Assembly (NCBI GenBank): GCA_951406725.2
Contig: OX597826.1
Location: 70,680,001 to 70,744,000, forward strand
From: Octopus vulgaris
Lineage: Eukaryota
Length of the DNA stretch: 64,000 nt
Reading direction: 5' to 3'
Both the position numbers and the translations under genes were made by a program. The notes under the pieces are model-generated. The model was not told where the DNA came from. It worked only from the letters and a program-made list of their open reading frames with translations, and made no database searches. Shown here piece by piece: positions 53,886 to 64,000 of the stretch (position 1 is the stretch's first letter; every line of letters starts with the position of its first letter).

Positions 53886-54499
53886 AAACGTTAGCACGCC
53901 AGGCAAAATACCTTCCGCCTTTTCGTTGTTCTTTACGTTCTGGGTTCAAATTCCGCCGAGGTCGACTTTGTCTTTCGGAGTTGATAAATTAAGTACCAGT
54001 TGCGTACTGGAGTCGATGTGATCGACTGCCCCCACCCCCCATTTCGGCCCTTGTGCCTAGAGTAGAAAAGAATATTTGCTTTTTGTTCAGTGGAAGGCGG
54101 CAGAGTCGGCAGAATAGTTAGCTCACCAGGCACAATGCCTTGCGCCATTTCGTCGTTCTTTACGTTCTGGGTTCAAATTCCGCCGAGGACGACTTTGTCT
54201 TTCATCCTTTCGTGGTCGATAAAATAGGTACCAGTCGATCACTGGGGTGGGGCCGATGTAACCGACTTACTCCCTCCACCGAAATTGCTGGCCTTATACC
54301 AAAATTTGAAACCAATATTTCTTTTTTTAGTCAATTCTAAAGCATCATTATCGAATATATCCTTTCTTTTCATATATGCTAGAATTTAAGTTAAGAGAGA
54401 TTTGGTTCCTAATGTTAGCAGGTCAAACTAATACATAAAATGGCCCTCGTTAATTCGTTGCACATGCTTTCATATCTGCTGTGAATATACACTAATACT

Positions 54500-54890
54500 C
54501 TCTTTCTCTCTCTCTCTCACACACACGTACGCATACACGCACACACACACATCACATACATATGTGTGTGTGTGTGTGAGTGTGTGTGGGTATGTGTGTG
54601 TGGGTGTGTATTTGTGTGTGTGTATTTATACATACATATGTATGTGCATATGTATTTGTATATAAATATATATATGTATATATGTATATATATGTATGTA
54701 TATATATAGATATAGATGTATTTGTATATAAATATATACATATATGTGTGTGCATATATATATGTATATATATATATATATATATGTATGTATATATATA
54801 TGTATGTATATATATATGTATGTATATATATATGTATGTATATATGTATGTATATATGTATGTATATACATATGTATATATATGTGTATA

Positions 54891-54977
<87 letters not shown>

Positions 54978-55100
54978 CAGAGTTATATATATATATATAG
55001 GCAGAGTTAGAAGCCGAGAACATATCTCACAAATACACACACACACGCGCACAAACACGCGCACAAACACGCGCACAAACACGCACACACGCACACACAA
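54500..55100. repeat. Compound (CA)/(TA)/(TATG) microsatellite
   Basis: Direct reading. Confidence 0.9.
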
Positions 55101-55777
55101 TCGTATGTCCCTTAATGTTCAACACAAAATCGCGTCTCCAGCAATCGATTTTTCATCGATTCTACCTCCTATATTGGTTAAGAATATCGATTACATTGAA
55201 CACTTGTCTGATAATTCAATGCGTCTGTCGATGTCCTGATAACATTCGCCGCTTTCCCAAGGCCTATCTGTGTTTGTGTCTGTCGGCCTGCTGCCTCGTG
55301 GCTTTACGTAACTGTTGTTATGAGCTGGTGTAAAGGCTGAGTATTGAGACGTGAGCGAAGGGGGAAGATACGGAAGCCAAGGGGAAACATGGAAGAGAAG
55401 AGTGGAGAACGGAGAACAGAGAACAAAGACAGAAGAGTCTTTAAAGGATAATGAACCATACAGAGAATGAAGGAAAGTTGCGGGGAGAGTAGACAACTGT
55501 TGTAGAAGCAGGAAATTAAGAGAAAACTCGGAGGGAGGAAATTGTATTTATCACATTGTTGGTTTCGGTCGCTGAACTGAGGCCATGCTGGAGTCTTAGG
55601 AGAGTGCATTCGTTCGTAACAAATCAACAGCGATGTTTATTTCAGACTCTCCATATTAATTTATTGATCTGAAATTATGAAACCCCAAGGTTGCGATTTT
55701 ACTCAAAACCGGCTAACATCGATAAATATAGACACACACACACACACTCTTTCTCACTCTTTCTTTCTTTCTCACAT

Positions 55778-55816
<39 letters not shown>

Positions 55817-55968
55817 GCAAACACAAACAACACATACATATACTGATATATCTATATACATATATGAATATTAGCTAATATATTTACATATACATATATA
55901 TCTATCTACCTATCTCCCTATATATATATATGTATATATATTTTGATATATATTTATATATAGGTGTG

Positions 55969-56055
<87 letters not shown>

Positions 56056-56544
56056 ATGTACAGAGAGAGAGAGAGAGAGAGAGAGAGGGGATGGGGAAAG
56101 AGAAAGTGAAACTCGTCACGAGGCGAACGGGAGAACTCGTTAGATAAGTGTCACGGCCCTTTCGTTCTTGATATTCTAAGGAACGTGTGTCCACCTATCT
56201 AGTGAACCCTAGGTGTCCGCCTGCTGTTATTTAGATGCTATCTTTATTGACGATTGAGCTTAGAAACTTTAGGTTATCTTATTGCTCAGACACAAAGAAC
56301 CCCGCATCAACTTGCTCTGCTTCCAACTGGATTCCCTTTTTTCTTATGTTTAGTGGTTCGCTATATTCCTTTTCAGTTTTATCTATCATTTCTATTTGCC
56401 TATAACTACACTTGAGCTCTTCTCAGCTGTCTCTTAGAAGCGTTTTATCGTCGCTATTTTGTTATGGCCCTTGATGTTGAACTGACCCAGTATTTGGTAC
56501 ATAGACGCTGCGGCAAAGCCCCGTGCGCCAGATTGACAGCGCAT

Positions 56545-56611
<67 letters not shown>

Positions 56612-56898
56612 CATGTATTATAATCCGCTACCAGGTATATAGTAACAACTACCGTGTCGTATGCTAAGAGGTATGTTTCCTAGCCTTGGTTATCAAAAGA
56701 GATTTTGACAGAATGTGGTTCAACGGATTCGATACCATTCTGTACCAAGTATGAATCAAAATGAACAGGCAGCCAGACCCCTGTTCATCAATACTCTCAC
56801 CCATCAGCCATCACTGTATCTCTACCTGGATCATTTCTGTCTTCATTCTTCATAGATTACCTTGTGAATGCACCGGCAATTCCTTTGTTTACTATTAA

Positions 56899-57480
56899 CC
56901 CCTTACCCGGCAGAAACGAATATATGCGTTTTGACCGAAATCGTTTTTTTCTATCTCTGGCGAGTTAACTCGTCAAAAGATAGACTCGCCAAAATCGACA
57001 GCAAACGAGTTCCTTTGTCTATTATAAACTCTTTTTTGACATATACGAGTATATTCGCTCACGTTATACGTCTGGCAGTGACGATTTCTGCCACCTTTCG
57101 CTTGAGTAAGGCATTGAAGACCGAGTATGATTTAGTCACCTGGAGACAGTCGAAGGGTTGGAAGGCACATTTTATGAATAAAAGTATTCACTTTGTTTTT
57201 ACGTTGTTTTTTTATACCTTTATATTATAACCCCACCATGTCGATAACCAAATAAAATAACATGATTTTTTGTAAAAGTAATATGATTTATGAAAAAAAC
57301 GGGTTAACTCGTTTCTGCCCAAAGCGGTAATTTAAAATCAATATTATTGAATTAAAATTCATAATAAATAAGGTTTGAAATATACCTCGAAATCACCATT
57401 CAAAACATAGTAAAATAAAACAATTAAAAAATATGTCTGAAAAAATACATTTATTTTCAAAATAATTGTTGGGTAAGGGG
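56899..57480. mobile_element. Non-autonomous piggyBac-like element
   Basis: TTAA TSD at 56895-56898 and 57481-57484; TIR ccccttaccc / gggtaagggg; asymmetric internal inverted repeat ggcagaaacga / tcgtttctgcc. Confidence 0.85.
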
Positions 57481-57654
57481 TTAATGAAATCGACAAGAAA
57501 AACCAATATTGTAGAAGTTACCTTAAATGGAGCTCTTAGCAGGATGAAATGATGAAAACCTGCTAGTTAAACATCATAACCTGTCAGCTAAATCGCAGTT
57601 TTGGAAAATGTATATCGATGGACTAAAAACGTTACCATTTTTAATCGTGACCTT

Positions 57655-58130
57655 TAAGTGGCGAGCTAAGAGGATTTGTTAGTACATCGGGGCAAATGCT
57701 TAGCGAAATTTCATCTGTCTTCATGTTCTGAGTTCAAATTCCGCCGAGGGTGACGTTGCCTTTCATCTTTCTGGCCTCAATAAAATAATTACCAGTTGAG
57801 TGCTGGGGTCGAGTTAATCAACAATCTCCTTACCCACTCCACCGGAATTGTTGGCCTTTTTCCAAAATTTGAAATCAATATCTAATTGTGTCCTTAAGGC
57901 TGGCAGAATCGTTGACACGCCGGGAAAACGCTTAGCAACATTTCGTCCGTCTTTATGTTCCGAGTTCAAATCCTACCGAAGTTGACTTTGCCTTTCATCC
58001 TTTCAGGGTAGGTAAAATATGCTTCAGTTGAATAGTGTGTGTGTTTGTGTGTGTGTGTGGGGGGTCGATATAATCGGCTTACCCCTCCTACGAATTTGCT
58101 GGCCTTGTGCTAAAATTTGAAATCAATATT
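57655..58130 (+). mobile_element. Two old diverged SINE A-variant copies
   Basis: gagttcaaat.c..ccga.g.tgac.ttgcctttcatc core twice; tail ggcctt....aaaatttgaaatcaat. Confidence 0.7.
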
Positions 58131-59298
58131 TAATGGCGACACTCTCTGTTCTGCTGGATTAAACTGCATCTTTTAACAGAATCTATAAAATAAATACCAG
58201 TAATAAATTGTATACATTTCATTGGATTTTATCATTTCACCAATTTTGTAGCTTCGCATCTCGTTCTCCCCGCTCCACCACCAATAAAGTCCAATAACAA
58301 TACCAATAACAAAATCGATATTTAATCGAAGTTTCTTATGCCAGTTTCACTATTCAATTTTATTGTCCAACAGTCTGTAATTCTGCGCCAAGTTTCAATT
58401 ATTGTATTTATGATTTTGCATAATATGAAAATCTTATAAATTCTTTGATTCTTTTACTGGTTTTAGTCATCGAACCATGGCCATTCTGGGGCACCACTAC
58501 TAACTTCTATGACTGAGTCGAAGATTACAAATGGCTAAACTTATCTCATCAACGACAGAAGAATGGAAAGTAAATGCAAAGGAAATCTGATCGGTTCTTG
58601 AAGAAAGAAACGAAGCAAAGCACCTCGGAGTATTTGCATTTTGTTCGACGCACTGCCGATTATGCCTTCATTCACTTTCCTGTTTAGCTATTCAGCAAAG
58701 AAACCTTTACCGAACTGCTGGGCTAGTAGCCAGCTAGAAATAGCGACTAAATATCCATATAATTTTTTTTAAAGAACATGTTGGATCATATAGTCCTAGA
58801 TAGATTGTGCTTGAAATAAAGATAGGTTGGTCATAGGTGGAGCGCTTTTGATTGCAGGTCTTCTAAATCAGAGCTGGCCGGGTCCTAAACAAGAACCAGA
58901 AGAGCAACGACATTATAATTTTACGAGTTAATGAGAGGACCCTCTACATGGTTGTTGGGTCTATTAGAAATAGCAACCAATTCTCCTGCTAATCACACCA
59001 CACCACCTTAAATAAAGAAAACTCATTATATGATGTATATCAGGTGAACATCCTGATATACAGAACCGACATAATGGCCATGGGCAGGTTGACTTTAATC
59101 GCAGGTCAAATCGGTCAGAACTGACTCGAGATTAAACAACAACTATTAAATGTAACTTATTAATTCAAGCGCCAATCACTAAGAATGTGACGTCGCATAT
59201 CATCAGTATTTTATACATACTTTTAAAAGCAGTCGTTTTATTCATTTATTGGTTTCAGTTATTGCACAGAGGCCATACTGGAGCAACATGTTTTATGG

Positions 59299-59335
<37 letters not shown>

Positions 59336-59392
59336 GCACGCAGACTATCAGGAAAGAAACAAAAATTATATAGGAAATATAGGAAATATATT

Positions 59393-59925
59393 CTTTTCTA
59401 CTCTAGGCACGAGGCCCGAAATTTTGGGGGAGGGTCCAGTTGATTAAATCGACCCCCAGTGCGTAACTGGTACTTAATTTATCGAGCCCGAAAGGGCGGA
59501 ATTTGAACTCAGAACGTAGCGGTAGACGAAATACCTATTTCTTTACTACCCACAAGGGTAGGCGGCGAGATGGCAGAAACGTCAGCACGCCGGGTGAAAT
59601 GTTTTGAGGTATTTCGTCTGCCGTTACGTTGTGAGTTCAAATTCCGCCGAGGTTGACTTTGCATTTCATCCTTTCGGGGTTGATAAATTAAATACCAGTT
59701 ACGCACTGTGGTCGATGTAATCGACTTAATACCTATGTCTGTCCTTGTTTGTTCCCTCTATGTTTAGCCCCTTGTGGGTAATAAAGAAATAGGTACTTAT
59801 TTAATCGACCCCGAAAGGATGAAAGGCAAAGTCGACCTCGGCGGAATTTGAACTCAGAACGTAGCGGCAGACGAAATACGGTTACGCATTTCGCCCGACG
59901 TGCTAACGATTCTGCCAGCTCGCCA
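59393..59925. mobile_element. Nested SINE A copies: a + copy (about 59561-59792) inside a - array
   Basis: Orientation switches at about 59560 and 59792. Confidence 0.8.
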
Positions 59926-60230
59926 CCATTTATGAAATGAACTATTCTACTGTTGAAGAACTCTTTTTGAATTCAAATAGCATTCTGTGTTTGAATATAA
60001 GTCAGATCTAAATTCATTTTACAAGAGTAAAAACGATAAGAATCTAACCACTGAAGTGGTATGAAGTAATCTGCAAATATAGAAAAAAAAATAGATGCCT
60101 CTTTTACTGTAAGTATTGAAAAAGTATTACCAAAGTTATCATGTCAAAAATACCATAGAACTTTCCTTCAAAACTAATACATACATACAAACATACATAC
60201 ATACATACATACGTGTGTGTATGTGTGTGT

Positions 60231-60600
60231 GAGGCGCAATGCCCAGTGGTTAGGGCAGTTGACTCGCGGTCGTAGGATCGCGGTTTCGATTCCCAGGCCG
60301 GACGTTGTGAGTGTTTATTGTGTGAAAACACTTAAAGTTCCACGAGGCTCCGGCAGGGGTTGGTGGCGAACCCTGCTGTACTCTTTCACCGCAACTTTCT
60401 CTTACTCTTTCTTCTTGTTTCTGTTGTACCTGTATTTCAAAGAGCCAACTGTGTCACACTCTGTGTCACGCCGAATCTCCCCGAGAACTACGTTAAGGGT
60501 ACACGTGTCTGTGGAGTACTCGGCCACTTGAACGTTAATTTCACGAGCAGGCTGTTACGTTGATTGGATCAACTGGAACTCTCGTCGTCGTAACCGACGT
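60231..60600 (+). mobile_element. SINE family C
   Basis: Matches 20559-20929. Confidence 0.9.
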
Positions 60601-61255
60601 AGTATGTATGTACACACACATATATACATATATACTTATTTATATAATATATATTTCTGTGTGTGTATATGTGTGTGTGCGTGCGTGTGCGTGTACGAGT
60701 GCGTATGTACATGTGTATATGTGTGTGTATAAATTTCTTTGTGTTAGTGTTCAACAACATCGATAACGGATTCGATAGCCAAAGCAACACTCCAAGGACT
60801 ATCGATGAGTGTTCTATTTAATTTTAATTATCTTATTAATTAATTAACGTAAAAAAACCCGTTTGTTTCACACGTTCAAATGTCCATCTATTTATTTCAA
60901 ATATCTGAAGTAGAATGTAAATCAATGAAAATTACAATATTATCCAATGAAAATGACATTATTATCAGTGAAAATTAAATTATCTATGAAAATATTAATT
61001 TCCTATTCTGGCAGGCTGTACAGTTATAGAGAGGGGTGGTTGTAAGCAGCAAAAGCGAAAGAAAGAAATAGAGAGAGAGTGAGTGAGTGGGGGGAAAGAG
61101 AGAGGAAAAGAAAGGATGAAAGAGAGGAATGGTATCAAACTCTGTTCATGCATGGAATATATCTTAATTTACCCATCGGGGATGACCTTCTGAATCGTCG
61201 TCATCGTCATCGTTTTCGTCACCATCACCACCACCACCACCACCACCACCACCAT

Positions 61256-61286
<31 letters not shown>

Positions 61287-61847
61287 GTCATCATAATAAT
61301 CATAATCACCCTCATCGTCATCGTCGTCATCGCCGCCGTCATCGTCGTCATCATCATCATCATCATCATCATCACCGTTGTCGTCATTTTAGTTCTTGCT
61401 TCGTTTTTTTTTTTTTAAATATTATTTTTCTTACTTTCTCTTAATTAATTAATAAGGATACAGAAATAATTATACAGAAATTTTATATTCTGCAAATTGT
61501 TGTTGTTGCTGTTGTGGACACTGAACGCATGTGAACTGGACTGTTTCGCCACCCTGCGAGCATCTTGGACAGGTTCGGTTGTTAGTGGACCCCATACGTC
61601 CATAATTGTTAGTTCATTCGTAATAGATAAAGCTCTTGAAATTGTCCATATCCCAGACTTGAAAAGTCTCTGCAAATGGTAACTCAGACTGTACTCGTTG
61701 ATAACCAGAATCACTTCCATTGTCGCGAATATTACTCATTAATACTCTAAAGAGTTATAATTATTCACATATTATTTTGTGTTGTTGTTGCTGCTGCTAT
61801 TATTATTATTATTGTTGTTGTTATTATTATTATTGTTATTATCATCA

Positions 61848-61907
<60 letters not shown>

Positions 61908-61912
<5 letters not shown>

Positions 61913-62165
61913 TAGTTTTATTTTTATAGCGTGCTTTCACTTCACTACCGAGGGCAGCTCTGTGTGCCTTGGGTATGTGCTGTGATTTGTTGTGATGCTC
62001 TGATGGTTATTGTATGGAAAGTGTTCTGCGTAGGATGTGTGCAGTGCCTAGTAGTGCAATTTTCTGTATGTTATATGTGTTTGTAAGTCCTGGTGTTTTT
62101 GTTATGTATTTGTCTGAATATTTTTTTATCATGCCTAATGCACCTATTATGATAGGAATTGTTTC

Positions 62166-62168
<3 letters not shown>
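61908..62168 (-). mobile_element. R4/Dong-like RLE retrotransposon 3' end in (AAT)n
   Basis: TETIPIIIGALGMIKK...IQKIALLGTAHILRRTLSIQ* plus 100-bp UTR; both junctions flush with AAT repeats. Confidence 0.85.
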
Positions 62169-62212
<44 letters not shown>

Positions 62213-62464
62213 TATCATTAATAATAATATTATTGCATTGAAGGCGGTGAGCTGGCAGAATCGTTAGAGCGCCAGGCAAAATGCTTAACGGTACTTCGTC
62301 CATCACTACGTTCTGAGTTCAAATTCCGTTCTGAGTTCAAGGGTCAACTTTGCCTTTCATCCTTTTCGGGCTCGATAAATTAAGTACCAGTCAAGTACTG
62401 AGGTTGATGTCATCGACTGTCCCCCTCCCTTCAAATTCCAGGCCTTGTGTCTATAATAGAATTG

Positions 62465-62497
<33 letters not shown>

Positions 62498-62738
62498 TTA
62501 AATATAATGTAATAATAACATTATTAAATATAATGTTGTTGTAGTGAAGGCAGTGTGCAGGCAGAATTGTTAGCAGTATTTCGCCCGGTTTTACTTTCTG
62601 AGTTCAAATTCCACTGAGGTCGATTTGCATTTTATCTTTTCGGGGTCGATAATTTACGTACCAGTTGAATGCTGGGGTCGACGTCATTGACTTAAATCCT
62701 CCCCTTCACTTTTTGACCTTGTGTCAAGTTGTGAAACA

Positions 62739-62788
<50 letters not shown>

Positions 62789-62956
62789 GTCTGACTTTTG
62801 CTTTGCATTTGTACAAGTTGGCTCCCAGTCTTACCCAGAAACATCAAGAGACAACAAATTAGAAGTTCATGTTGGTGTTATGCCTAGAGTGCCATATATT
62901 TGGTTTTGTACAAAGTGTTTCTTCTAGAAAATGTTTAAGAAACCATAAGAAAATTG

Positions 62957-62958
<2 letters not shown>
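62789..62958 (-). mobile_element. Putative 3' UTR of another (AAT)n-inserted element
   Basis: 170-bp insert flush with (AAT)n on both sides. Confidence 0.45.
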
Positions 62959-63029
<71 letters not shown>

Positions 63030-63037
63030 GTTATTAT

Positions 63038-63268
63038 TCAGTAGTTTTATTTTTATATCGTGCTTTCACTTCACTACCGAGGGCAGCTCTGTGTGCCTTG
63101 AGTATGTGCTGTGATTTGTTGTGATGCTCTGATGGTTATTGTATGGAAAGTGTTCTGCGTAGGATGTGTGCAGTGCCTAGTAGTGCAATTTTCTGTATGT
63201 TATATGTGTTTGTAAGTCCTGGTGTTTTTGTTATGTATTTGTCTGAATATTTTTTATCATGCCTAATG
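63038..63268 (-). mobile_element. Second R4/Dong-like 3' end, shorter truncation
   Basis: Near-identical to 61908-62140, in (AAT)n. Confidence 0.85.
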
Positions 63269-63269
63269 A

Positions 63270-63317
<48 letters not shown>

Positions 63318-63338
63318 TATTTATTATTGTTATTATTA

Positions 63339-63385
<47 letters not shown>

Positions 63386-63409
63386 TATTTATTATTGTTA
63401 TTATTATTA

Positions 63410-63442
<33 letters not shown>

Positions 63443-63689
63443 TATTATTATTGTTGTTATTATTGTATTTTATGTTTTTATTCAATGTAAATCTCCTATT
63501 GTTTCTTGTTTCAGTGTTTTCCTATATAAATTATGGTGGCTATTTCTTCCCTCATCAATCACCAACAGACAACTATGTTATTAGAAATCATCACCACCTT
63601 TATCATCATCATCATCATCTTCACCATCAATGTTATCATCAACTAACTAGTTGTTCAGCTTTTGGTTTGTAAAATATTTCCTGTATTAA

Positions 63690-64000
63690 GGCGGCGAGCT
63701 GGTAGAACCGTTAGCACGCCGAGCGAAATGCGTAGCCGTATTTCGTGTGTCACTACCTTCTGAGTTCAAATTCCGCCGAGGTCGACTTTGCCTTTCATCC
63801 TTTGGGGTCGATAAATTAAGTACCAGTTACGCACTGGGGTCGATGTAATCGACTTAATCCGTTTGTCTGTCCTTGTTTGTCCCCTCTGTGTTTATCCCCT
63901 TGTGGGTAGTAAAGAAACAGAAATAAGTATTTCGTCTGTCTTTACGTTCTGAGTTCAAATTCCGCCGAGGTCAACTCTACCTTTCATCCTTTCGGGGTCG
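63690..64000 (+). mobile_element. SINE family A, head plus at least 2 units (runs off the window)
   Basis: Family A match. Confidence 0.9.

Noticed and set aside
59044-59087. Possible TIM50 micro-exon (ag|gtgaacatcct...cag|gt)
   Set aside because: Lies in a degenerate dispersed repeat (ctagaaatagcagcc family), has a weak acceptor, and the peptide does not resemble TIM50

Overview
AT-rich, extremely repeat-dense eukaryotic DNA. The SINE families and microsatellite load look like a coleoid cephalopod (Octopus-like) genome; this is an inference from recalled repeat sequences. Nearly all ORFs in the supplied track are microsatellite or SINE artefacts. One convincing host coding exon is present (45271-45718, a mitochondrial-targeted single-pass protein, probably TIM50 exon 1). 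There is also a speculative small secreted Cys-peptide exon (10710-10899). The rest consists of three tRNA-derived SINE groups, CR1/RTE/Tx1-like LINE 3' fragments, a full-length dead mariner, other Tc1/mariner ends, hAT and piggyBac MITEs and non-autonomous Helitrons. The most striking signal is a set of microsatellite-targeting retroelements. (i) Penelope-like elements in (TA)n carry type I hammerhead ribozyme motifs and form near-perfect fold-back palindromes with 115-170 bp arms. (ii) A tRNA-headed SINE-like element has a hammerhead-bearing Penelope-type tail and is inserted as an inverted composite with a 13-bp TSD. (iii) Restriction-like-endonuclease (RLE) retrotransposons sit in (AAT)n and in (CATA)n. 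Coordinates of degenerate repeats are approximate; no searches were run.
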